Shown here piece after piece: positions 1-11,486 of a stretch of 64,000 nucleotides of DNA; within the stretch, counting starts at the first letter, position 1, and every line of letters begins with the position of its first letter. The stretch is from Laetmonice hystrix. Its lineage: Eukaryota. The stretch covers positions 11,594,001 through 11,658,000 of the forward strand of contig OZ249442.1 of assembly GCA_965235115.1 (NCBI GenBank), read 5' to 3'. The notes below the pieces were generated by a model. It ran no database searches, had not been told where the DNA came from, and saw only the letters and a list, made by a program, of their open reading frames with translations. Made by a program: the position numbers and the translations under genes.

Positions 1-60
1 ATAGCTTGAAAAATAATACCGATTAGGGGTAGAAACTTAACAACTACTACTACTGCTACA

Positions 61-62
61 GG

Positions 63-100
<38 letters not shown>

Positions 101-530
101 GGAAGGCGAAACCATACAATTTCAAAATCCCATTCCCCCAAGGGGATGAATGGGATAATAATAATAATAATAATAAAAAGGAAGGCGAAACCATACAATT
201 TCAAAATCCCATTCCCCCAAGGGGGTGAATGGGATAATAATAATAAAAAGGAAGGCGAAACCATACAATTTCAAAATCCCATTCCCCCAAGGGGGTGAAT
301 GGGATAATAATAGTGTACACCCAAACCGTACAATTTCAGGATCCCGTTCCTCAGTCGGAGGAACGGGATAATAAGGAAGACGAAACCAGACAATTTCAAG
401 ATCCCTTCCCCTATCGGGGGAAGGGATAATAATAATAGGGAAGACGAAACCGTACAATCTGAAGATCCCATCCCCCTGTAGGGGATGGGATAATCTGAAG
501 ATCCCATCCCCCTGTAGGGGATGGGATAAT
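61..530. repeat. Tandem array of about 6 units: (ATA)n + conserved leader + terminal hairpin; resembles stacked Helentron/HINE-type ends
   Basis: Leader gaaaccRtacaatttcaa(a/g) is repeated. Each copy is followed by an ATCCC...GGGAT hairpin and ATA microsatellite. The ORFs 37..702 are repeat artefacts. The Helentron assignment is inference. Confidence 0.75.
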
Positions 531-1498
531 AAATACAAGGGAATAAAAAGGGGGAGCGTATACAGATTGGTGCTGTTTCTCCTTCCTTATTCTTAGAACA
601 CTGGGTTGTGATTGGTATCTTCACGTTCTGTTTGAGATTCACAATGACTTCTATAGAGGGTGAAAACCACAAATGACTCACGCAGTGCCCTTCCCCCAGC
701 ACTCAGCCCCCCCTCCCCTACCCCCTCCCATCACCTCATGCGGAACTAAATGCCATGTCGATCCCAAGATAAGGGGGGGGGGCGATCTCAAGTTTCACGT
801 GCATATAAGAATTACATAAAAACGGGAAAATGATGAGGGGAGAAATGAAGACGACAGGGGGGGGCGAAGGCCCGCCAGAATCACCAAATCACCATAAAGC
901 CGGTATAGAATATAATATATCTAGCCAGAACAGTCGGGGCCCCAGATAGTCAACTTCTCCCCTAAATTTCTCTGCCGTATTGAACCTATCCCATGAACTG
1001 TCAGTTTACAGATCCCCCTTCCCCTACAAAATCTCCCGCCGCGGCTGCTCACGCATGGCAGGTCCATGAGGGTTGGCACGATCACCACGCACTCCCACGC
1101 ATGTCTATACGCCGCAGTTGTGACCCGAACGCCAGCTCCCTTTTCGATAACAAGAAATCCTATATCGTGCAGTTATAATGAGTATAACTTTAAGCAGAAA
1201 CAATTACTGTCCAGAGCCAAGCTGTATAGGAAACCCCAACTGTTAAAAAGCTAAAAAAAACTTCCTCAGCAGTATTACGCAGTTCTCTAATTAAGTGTTA
1301 TCTTCCGAAACGTCCCAACTGCTATACCCTCGGGCTGATTCAGCAACTATGTATACGTGGTCAGCATGTCCCAGTCCCCGCTCTTTACTTGTCCACCAGT
1401 AATGATTGACACCTCTTGCATGCGTCAGTAACTTTTTATTAGTAAAAGCCCCAAAAGGAAAGCCACACCCCATTACTGGTCAGCAACTTTAGCACAAC

Positions 1499-1506
1499 TA
1501 TAAAAG
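1499..1506 (+). promoter_or_regulatory. Candidate TATA box for secreted gene A
   Basis: cTATAAAAGg, the same 10-mer as upstream of paralog B. The gene A coding exon has an acceptor-like tttccag ending at 4233, implying an upstream UTR exon. The link across the N gap is unproven. Confidence 0.35.
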
Positions 1507-1822
1507 GTCGCACACCCCTTCTAGAAACGCACTATAGCCACCAGACGTGTTACCACCTTCTTAGCCACTCACTGGGGCGCGCCTAGAAACATTTACAGTT
1601 AATAGGCCTATAATAGAGGTCTACGGCTCTCGGCAGAAAAATCAGCAACACAATTCACCAGCCTGGAAGACCCTTGTAACTACAACCAGGAGACAATAGA
1701 ACAACCTTCAACCATCATTGCGTTTCCTCTTCATCATTGCTAGATATTTTTTGTTTTACTTATACCTTGACCAGTTCGGCTTTGGATCTTGGCCGAACAA
1801 AGACAGAAAGAACTGGGGGGCA

Positions 1823-1910
1823 AAGTTATAGGGTTAACAGTTTTCTATAGAGGTGACCAACTGTTAAAGTTATAGGGTTAACAGTTTTCTATAGAGGTGA
1901 CCAACTGTTA
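1823..1910. repeat. Exact 44-bp tandem duplication containing a hairpin
   Basis: aagttatagggttaacagttttctatagaggtgaccaactgtta x2; taacagtt/aactgtta arms. Confidence 0.85.
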
Positions 1911-2248
1911 CTCAGCGATCGAGGCCTGTACATATGACACATTGGATTGGCCCCTGTCGAGACAGAATTAAGGCTGGTCCTCACGACGGTATATGCACTG
2001 ACCGAGAAGGGAACTGGGCCGAAACAAATAACAGAAACAGTTCCAGCGCTTCTCGTCCGGCCAAGTTCTCATGGCTCTGTACCATAAGGCAGCCCGTTAC
2101 AGGGGCATATGCTATAGCATAGACTGGTAACAAGCTTAATATAGCTATCATATAATAATATATGTGTATATAATATCATAGGGCCTTATATCATAGCATA
2201 CCATATCACATAATTATATCTAAATTGAGCTGGTGGAAGTTTAGACCA

Positions 2249-2382
2249 NNNNNNNNNNNNNNNNNNNNNNNNNNNNNNNNNNNNNNNNNNNNNNNNNNNN
2301 NNNNNNNNNNNNNNNNNNNNNNNNNNNNNNNNNNNNNNNNNNNNNNNNNNNNNNNNNNNNNNNNNNNNNNNNNNNNNNNNNN
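2249..2382. other. Assembly gap (134 N)
   Basis: Run of n in the sequence. Confidence 1.
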
Positions 2383-3131
2383 TTCACAGATGGACATTTA
2401 GTTTGTTACAGTCTGTTCAGTCTGCCACCCTTGCGTGCAAAACCTCCGTGCAAACTCCCCTTTAAGAAATAATGACCATCTTCGGTCTGCTGACGACGAT
2501 ACACATTGCTCATACATGCAGAGGCCCATGTAGACCCTCTATGCCATTTGGCATAGAGATAATTATGTTCTCATGCTAAAGCTTTTTGTGCATTCTTAAT
2601 ATGCATGTAGGCCTATAGGTCCGCATTTTAACAGTTGAAGGCCACGTGCTTCAGCAGGAGAAGATATATAGGAAACACTTACAGGTTGGAGGTAGGCAGT
2701 ATGATCATCCTGGTGTTGACGCCGGAGGAGGGGCCGTGCCGGCGGGGGGGGCAAAGAAAAGGGTAAACTGACCGATATAACAGTGCAGCTGTAGGAACGC
2801 TATAGAGGTAGACTTATCCCCTGCCATACAGGTTGTATTCAAACACCAAGTCTTATTATACCCCAAAATATAGTCCCTTGAAAAAATTATAGAGGTCTAC
2901 TCAGTGTTTGCTTGTGGGGGTAGTGGCGCCGGAACGAGTTGAAGGGCGGGCCACCGCAGGCTTTGAAATGGAACCTACTGGGTTTACGGTGTTTTTTGGA
3001 TTCTTAGATCTTAAGGTTTAAACAAGGCACTTTTTGAAACCTCTAAGAGGTAGGACAGTTTGATGACGAGACCTGACGTGACGAAAAGAGTAGGATTGAT
3101 CATCGTTCCATAAAATCAAAGCCTGTCTTAA

Positions 3132-3315
3132 GCTGTTGACACACCAAAAACGTTTTTTTCAATGCGTTTCAATGCGCATTGACTCCACATAATGGATGTG
3201 GTTTGGGTTCAATGCGATTCAATGCGCATTGGGAACCGTGTTGGGTGTGTCACGAACCGTATCAATGCGATTTACATCGATTTGAAGCGCATTGGAGCGT
3301 CGGTGTGTCAACGGT
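3132..3315. mobile_element. Short palindromic MITE-like element
   Basis: gttgacacacc ... ggtgtgtcaac inverted ends; internal repeated aatgcg(c)att motifs. Confidence 0.55.
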
Positions 3316-4256
3316 AGCTGTACCACAGCACCATCAGCCCCCCCCCCCATATCGACGCTTAAGTGGAACAGCTCCATAAGAAAATGTACCAGCCCTTCAA
3401 CCAGAACGATAAACTAGCAAGACGCTATGTATAGGCATATTTGTATACTGTATGTATTGGCACATGTCGTACATTTCTTTAGACCTACAACACTAAACAT
3501 CAAGTGTGAAACATAATGTAGAGATATATGCCCATAGCAATAAACAGGTAAAACAGAGCACAGAAAAGTCCAAGTACTTTTTACGGAGGCCCTAACCCTA
3601 ACCACTTCGCCTATATCATGGGTGTAGCCAGGGGGGAGTACGAGGGATTCGGACGAACCCTCTTTTGCGGGGCACTATAAAATTAATCAACGTCAAATCT
3701 TTAGGCAGACAGTCAAAGCCTGTGTGTATAGTCGTCTCCGGGCTTCACAAGCCGGCCTCAAGTCGCGGGATGGAGCGCTTAGCACTACAAACTGATGATT
3801 TGCCTCCAGGTCGAACTCCCCCCTTTTTTTTTTTACTTTACCACCCCACTCTTCTCGTGTGCGTATAACTTATGAATGCTGGTCAGCAGAGTGATATGAT
3901 GACGTCGTAATCGGTTTAAAATCTCCTTGGTTTTCTGTTTCTCTGTCCCCCTTTACCTATGTACGACAGGCCTATACAGATTACGTTGTGTTCCCTATCG
4001 CCAACCATTGTATAACGCGCATAAGTTGAAACCTTTGCCTCGTTGGGCAAAAATACCATGCCTCCTTAGTTCTTGTAACTGCATGGGGGAATAGAAGACC
4101 GTGGAAATCGGACTACGAAAACAACAATTGAGTTTCCCAGTAAGCATAGACCTATTCAGCGAGCAAGTAGCTTTGCTGGCCTTGACAACTGAACACTGGT
4201 GTCATATGTTTTAATCATGTGACCGATTTCCAGATCTTCCCCATTGAAACAAGTCG

Positions 4257-7200
4257 ATGATGAGGATGACGATGATGATGTTGGTGCTGGTGGTAGCCAT
4301 GGTTACCTGTGAACTTGCTTCCGCCGACCCTGACACCCAGACGCCTCTCTTGAAAAGGCTGCTAGAACTCCTCAAAGAGAAGAAAGCCAGTGGTAGGTCA
4401 CAATTAAACATCCACCTGTTTATAGAGTATTCATATGTAGTGTGGGGGGGGGGGGGGGTCCAGGAACCCCGCCCGCCTCCTTTGAATAAATTACTTATTG
4501 AGGACATTTTTGGTAAAAAAAAAAAGGAGGTGTAAAATGCATTATTTTAACCAAAGGAAACCTTCATATTTCCACTTTTTACCACTTACCACTTAGTGAC
4601 GTCATTAACTCGTTATTACGACTTAATGACGTCACTAAGTGGTAATTTCGAGATCACCACAATTTTTTTCTCTGAACGCGATTAACTCGAAATTACCACT
4701 TAGTGACGTCATTAAGTCGTAATAACGAGTTAATGGCGTCACTAAGTGGTAATTTCGAGATCACCACAATTTTTTTTCTCTTTATGTCGCCAACAGGGCT
4801 CCGTATATAAGGACACAATAATATAATGCTGTTTTTATTATGATATTTGAATTATTGCACACTCCTATCTCGACCTAAGCACATCTAAGCTCAGCTTTTC
4901 TCCAACGACTTTCAGAGGTCCCTGTCCATAGCAACCCATCACCAATCCTGGAAAATGTCAAGAAAACAGAAATTGGAGAGCTTGTATCCGAACAAGGTAA
5001 ATCAGGGCATGCATGGATTATAAAATATTCTAATCTTGTTTTCGCCGGGAAGATGACCTCAGATATACCGACACTCACAGTGACTCACTCATTCAACTTT
5101 TCTCTTTCCGGACATTCTGAAAGTTACGGGGTTACATCTGATGCCCGTGCATCTGAAGAAAATCACACAATTAGCCAGTGTCCTGCAGGATGACCTTAAC
5201 ATAATAGTGGAGTGTTAACGTGGGTAACATCACTATTGCGATATTTTCGTTTTTACTTTTTATTGCTGAGTCCCAACAACATGCAAAATATACTACAACA
5301 AAATGTACATCCGATTTAAACTTTTTTTTCAGAACTTTCAGCTAAAGCGGATGAAGATCTGGAAAAAAGAGGTAATTTTTTTTATAAGCACCGACTGCAA
5401 TCGTTTCATCAACAACATGACATCTCAGGATAACAATGTCATGATGTATGCAATTGTTCTTTACAGACCTTGGAGAATTGGAGAAATCGACCAAACCAGA
5501 CGAGGATTCGGTAAGCGTCCTGCTAAGGGGGTTGCTGGACATAATGGAGGAAAGGGAATTAGGTTAGTGAAGCGTTTTTTGATGGTTAAAATATGAACAA
5601 AGAATCATGATAATAAAATATACAAACTGAAACTTGTGGGAAGAAAAGGATGGAAAGGTAGGGGCGGATCCAGGATATTGCAGCTGGGGGTGAGGGTGGT
5701 GATGTATGTATAAAACCTCAGGTGGGCCGTATAGACACACTCTGGGGGACTAAAGCCCCCAAAGCCTCCCCCTGGATCCACCACCGGTAGGTTCTAGTGA
5801 ACTGCTCTTTGATGGTTTACATTGCAATACAATATATACAAACTGACTCTGCAGGAAGAAGAGGATGGGCAGAGAAAGTTGAATGGGAGGTTGATGGTTA
5901 AAGCATAGAGAAACAATTGTTATATACAGTAAACAACCCGAAGAAGAGAAATAACGGATACTAACTAAATGTGAATTTCCACTGAATGTGGCGCCTTTAA
6001 TCAAATTTATTCGGCTCTTTCTTTAACGTTTCAATCTGCACTCTCTGCCATCTCTCTACTCATGCAAGACTCTCGATACCGCGGCCGTCAAACTACCACA
6101 GTATAATTTACCTATACCGTACCAGTTTTCCATGTTAACTAGTACATATTAAACCACATGTTGTAAACGTCTGGACCGGAGTTATTTAGTGCAGGTTTAA
6201 TGTGTTCACACTCTAATGAAGCAAGCCGTCTAGAGCCACCACAGTTTTCCGTTGCGTGACTACGAATCCAGACATTGCGTTTCATGCACTTAACATTAAA
6301 AGGAGGTCATTGGTACTCAACAACCTGATACAACACGACCTTTGGCTGTAGCCTCTTGAGTATAAAAGACAAAACACCCGTGTGCGAAAATTATATTTTA
6401 CTATGGATAAGCATGATACGGTGGCTGATTTAGGACACCGAAAACATTCTACTTATCTGGAGATCCTTTCCCGTTATCTCGAGATCTTTTCTCGTCATCA
6501 TGGGATTTTTACCTTTTTAAAATCAGAAACACTTACAAGTTTTTTCTATCAAAATACATAATATTGATATGTCATGGGTTTGACTTAGTGTAGCAGATTA
6601 CGTTAAAGGTCATACAGGTGCTTTGGTGGATATTGTCAGCAAGTATGATGGCCACAAAGATTTTTGTTTAGCTCCAACTGGAAGCGTACCATAAAATGAC
6701 GTCATGAATATTCCGTATTCATGTCATGCCAGCGTTATGGGACTTTATCTTAAGACAATGATAAAAGATCTCATGATAACGCGAAAAAATCTCATGATAA
6801 TGAGATAAGATCTCGTGATAACGAGATAAGATCAGGGAAAGATCTCGTTTCCCGGTGTCTCGTACTGTTCAGCATACTGTGAACGATGGACAAAAGCCAT
6901 TCAATCCTTTATTTTCGCAGGGAAGCGTGGCATGCAAGCGATGCGGTACGACCCTAAGAAACGACAGCTGACCATCTACTTCCAGGTTTGTGTGAAGGGA
7001 GACAGAGGTCGGAAAAAGTGCAGGAAGGCATCCACAGGCCACTACTGGGAGATCGAGGAGTATGACGGCTCGAACTGTGTCGTGTCGGTGAGCATACAAT
7101 CTCCCACATCGTACCTATTCGTCCTGTAATCGGCTTGATTCCGTAGGCATTGGCCCAACCAGCAGAAAAAACCTCGTTGAACCAAGATGACAAACCCCGT

Positions 7201-8733
7201 CAAACCTTGAAAACAAAATCAGGTCATCGATGACGCGACTCTAACCCAAATAGATCTACACGTTTCAAGGGCGCAAAATGTAATTTATAGAAAATATATT
7301 CCTATAAGTTCTTGAGGCACGGGTGCATGACATGAGGCCTCGTTTTCGGGAATAGATGGAAAAGCTCTCACGCTTTTCAAGATCCTCGAATGGTTTCAGA
7401 TAACCAGAAATATCTGTTGTGTCTTTTTCCTTTTAATCCAGATAATCCATGATCTCCAAGTCGTACGACTCTTCAGTTCAGTTATATTCCCCATGTTGCG
7501 TAACAATGGATCATGACTCAATGGTGGCTTGAGCGATATTTTCTGAAGACGGAGGGCCTAACTGTTCTTCCCCTGGAATGCTACAAATAAATGTAGACCC
7601 GAACCTTGATGTAACAAAAGCGTTGGGCTATCATAAACCGCTGTCTCTTTGGGCATCTCTATTCAATTTTCCTTCTATTCAGATAAGACGAGGGAGTGTA
7701 CCCAAGTATATGGTGATTGACGAGAATGGAGGCAGAGGCCCCCTGGAAGTAATCCATGTGGACTTTGATCCAAAGATGCGCTACAAGGTCCGGGCCTGTG
7801 AGGTCATAGAAGCTGGTGGTAAGGAGGGATTGACACGCTGCAACGTAGCTTTGTACAAGGGACCAAACAGACCCTTCCTACCCAAAACAGGTGGGTATAA
7901 AATTTCAGGTTTGCTTCAGACTATCTAAGAATGTGCAGTTGCATTTAGCTTCTTCCTTATCTCTGGCTTGAGGTCGTTTCCTGTATAACGTTGATCAGAA
8001 TCAGTGCCCTTAAGAAGCATCAGAAAAAAGAAACACATTTTCTGAGACTAAGATCAATCAACGACAGTATAAAGTATGAACTATAAAATACACTATATGT
8101 AAAATAAATATGTTCTCTTTCAGATCTGAAGTACCCCGCATTGATGGACAGAGCAAAGGGTAATCCCAATGAGATCGTCCGAGAAATTGTTCAAGGCAAG
8201 AAACCAATATTTTCTGGGTGAGGGGCGCCAGTGCCCTGTCCTTTTATCTCTAGTATATCCACGAAGGCATAGAGTTGTAGATCGGATGGATAAAAAAAAG
8301 TCCCCAACTTTAAGCTCCAATATATCAAAAACTACATCACAAACTTGAAGTTGGGGACTTTTTTTAAAATCCATCCGATATATGTGTAAAAGTCGGCACT
8401 GTTTGCGGATAAAATCGAAAACGTTCTGTTGTTACTCTTTCTATACCTGTTGGAAACTGAAAAAAAACAAAGGGTCCGTGGCGTACTGATCAACACAACT
8501 CCTTCCATAACTATATTTTTTTGCCTTAAAAAACATATTTCCGCCTCGTCCCGCCAAACCTTGTTTCCATGGTTCTGATCGGGATTTAAAAGCAGTTAGA
8601 TGGAGTTAAGTTGATTTGGATCGCCATGAGTAGATCTTGCATATAATCTCCTTTCTTTTTTTCAGGTGCCAAATGCCGTTTTGGTAAGGACAAGGGCAAC
8701 ATGCTTCAGAACGCGAAATCAGTGGGAATCTAG
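4257..8733 (+). CDS. Secreted prepro-protein A, uncharacterised family (204 aa predicted)
   Basis: Exons 4257-4392, 6921-7087, 7683-7890, 8124-8159, 8666-8733; all GT-AG, phases 1,0,1,1; frame closes at TAG. Hydrophobic signal peptide, pro-helix LLKRLLELLKEKKAS, GKR site, 6 Cys in the mature part. Exons 2 and 3 have the same lengths (167, 208 nt) as paralog B. The last two exons are less certain: exon 4 could read through to TGA at 8219-8221. Confidence 0.85.
4588..4806. mobile_element. Compound palindromic (cruciform-prone) repeat in gene A intron 1
   Basis: Two mutually inverted copies of accacttagtgacgtcattaa...ttaatgacgtcactaagtggt; TGACGTCA at 4597, 4627 and 4704. Confidence 0.7.
6433..6862. 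mobile_element. Inverted-repeat element built of ctcgt/ataacgagat-type subrepeats
   Basis: Left end ggacaccgaaaac...ttatctcgagatc is inverted relative to right end gatctcgtgataacgagat...gtttcccggtgtc. Confidence 0.5.
8281..8379. mobile_element. 99-bp miniature Tc1/mariner-type MITE related to the element at 26666-27518
   Basis: About 30-bp TIRs atcggatggataaaaaaaagtccccaactt / aagttggggactttttttaaaatccatccgat. Confidence 0.7.
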
Positions 8734-11151
8734 GATTCCCCATCTTTGTTCTGAATCTAAACCACACAATACTTTCGCAGAGTTTAATTTTGGCAGTCTT
8801 TGCTTGTACATTGTACTCTCACTGGTGTTGGAGAATCACTGGTCGTGACCTTTGTTTTGGACCTCCATTCCATTGTCCAGAACAAAGATCTGTCATACCT
8901 AGCTTTTGTAACTCGGTGTTTAACAGTTGATCCATAAAGTCAGTATCTAAAGTAAGTAAATAGTGTTGGTTCAACTTACATCAGGAATATTAGTATGTTT
9001 AATTAGAAGAAACCTGTGCAGCGGAAAGTTTCAATGGTGCACACCGCGGTTCGTGGGGAACGGGAAAGGGCGATTTGCAGCATAATTATTGTTGAATTGT
9101 TATTTAGTTAATTATTATTGTATCTACTGCATTTCTTTCAGAACTAGGCCAATTTAGGCCGAAAACTCCTTTCACCTTTATAAGGTTACGGTGACCCCTA
9201 AACATAATATTAAGAACTTTTAATTGAGTTCCATAAAGTGCACTGCCATATTTAACAGACATACTAGTCATGTAATTGTCAACCCTGCCACAAAATTCGA
9301 TCATCACACTTTCATTGGCTTTGGGGGATATTTAAATGTGCCACATAATTTGTGCAATCTATTTAAGCTTTAGTCACACGTATATTTTTCCGACATATAC
9401 TTTTCTAACATATCTCACTATGCTAAGTACGATAACAACAAAAGTGTTTATTAGAAATCATGTTTTGCATATCAATAAAACATCATATCGTTTTAAGATT
9501 TGTTTTATATTTCTTTAAGGATGATATTATATATTTGAGCTTTGAAACGTTTAGTTTCGGTTCACTGCTGTGTTTGAAAAGTTGTCATGTTTAGGATTAC
9601 AGGTAAAGTCTTGTCCAACGGCCACTTTTCTTTCCACATGCATGTTTCCCGCCGCGAGTCTAAGAATAGAAACATTTCCCCTCACAAAAGCGTCAAACGA
9701 TGCACGACGTGATATGATAACGTCACCCTGTCTGTAGCCTTCTCTCACGTGAGATCGGCGCCCAGGGACAAACTTAAGACGCCCCCCCCCCATTGCCAAC
9801 TTGATTTTTTTTTAAATTGTTACGGCTATATGTTTGCCCCTATCCCTTTGCGCCCAGGGGCAAATGCCCCCTGCCCCCTCACTACGCTATACAGCTCCTG
9901 AGCTGCGGTTGTCCTAAGAGAAGGGGGTCAGGAAAACCGGTCCTTGACGGGCTGGGGAAGTCGACCCGGACGGTGATGTGTCAAACCTGGCAGGTTGAAT
10001 ACTTATCATGCCCATTGTCATCATGGCCCATTTATGTCAATGGTAGACTTGAGTCGGGAGTGAATCTTGACATCAGAACGCCACTCTATAGATCTACGGC
10101 AACGCTGCGAGAGACTGGTACATCTAGATGTCGTGACCGACAGACGGAATTTAAGATAGTGGGGTTCTGGAGTCGGAAATATAATCAGACACCGACATAA
10201 CATATTGGATCCTATTATGTACAGTGGGGATCCAGGATTTTGATAAGGGGGGGGGGAGTACCTAAAAAATCTTTTAGCATCGCTACGCTCGACATGATTT
10301 GATTGTGACTATATATACTACACAAACACAAATACACACACAAAATAATTGCTATTCCCACACAGGTCTACAGTGTACTGACCAGTTTTAAAGTCTCAAA
10401 AAATGTCCACAGAAGAATTTGTTTTCAGGAAGCGGTAATGTTATGATATGTTGATTGGAAGATAGATGTGTTGTTATTCAAAAATGGTTAAAAAGGGGAA
10501 AATCTAAGGGGGGCCCGAGCCCCCTGGACCCCCCACTACTATTAGCCTTTAGATCAAAGAGCTTGGGGATTGCATTTATAGGATTGAATAGGGGGGTCTA
10601 TCATTATCATATCCCGAGATACAAACGTGGGTCTCAACTGACCTTGGCTGGAGACCTGCGCCCTCTGGTGGCAGTCTGGTCGCACCGGCCGCACCATCTC
10701 TTACTAGTCTATATCTAATAACTCACGCAGTCTTGTCACCAAATACACAGGAACTGGAAGAAACTCCGCACGAACCTTTCTGTCCATTCGGGTTCAGTCA
10801 ACTGAACCAATTAATCGTTTGTATTTTAATAACAAAGTGTCAATTGCTTCAAAGTAAGCTAGTGATTATTCAACAAATGGAATTCCATCTACAACAGCTT
10901 CACGATAGTAGGACATGGGGGAGGGTGGTTTTGGATTCTTTCGAAGCCCCCTGTTTGAAGAATGGAAAATTACGACCCGCCACCGAAAAAAAGGAATGCA
11001 GAAAATGTCTGAAAGCATAACCATCTGCTTTAGTTTAACCCGTGAAATTAGGGCCATTTCAAAAACCTGTAGATAAAACCAGTATTAAAACCTTGATTCT
11101 GACCTCAAAAAGTAATTTCCGAAATCCTGACATCCCAAAATCCCCACAGCT

Positions 11152-11486
11152 GTACCTAGGGGCTGGAAGCTGAATCTATACCTAGGGGCTGAAACACGGA
11201 AAGCTGAATCTATACCTAGGGGCTGAAACAGGGGAAGCTGAATCTATACCTAGGGGCTGAAACAGGGGAAGCTGAATCTATCCCTAGGGGCTGAAACACG
11301 GGAAGCTGAATCTATACCTAGGGGCTGAAACACGGGAAGCTGAATCTATACCTAGGGGCTGAAACAGGGGAAGCTGAATCTATCCCTAGGGGCTGAAACA
11401 CGGGAAGCTGAATCTATACCTAGGGGCTGAAACAGGGGAAGCTGAATCTATCCCTAGGGGCTGAAACACGGGAAGCTGAATGTATC
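11152..11486. repeat. 34-bp minisatellite, about 9-10 copies
   Basis: Unit aagctgaatctatacctaggggctgaaacacggg. Confidence 0.95.

Noticed and set aside
61-530. CRISPR-like look (constant repeat plus variable segment)
   Set aside because: The variable parts are related self-complementary hairpins, not unique spacers; spacing is irregular; no cas genes; context is eukaryotic and spliced.
563-650. Possible minus-strand exon (EVIVNLKQNVKIPITTQCSK...) after a good acceptor
   Set aside because: Only a weak donor, no recognisable homology and no partner exons in the window.
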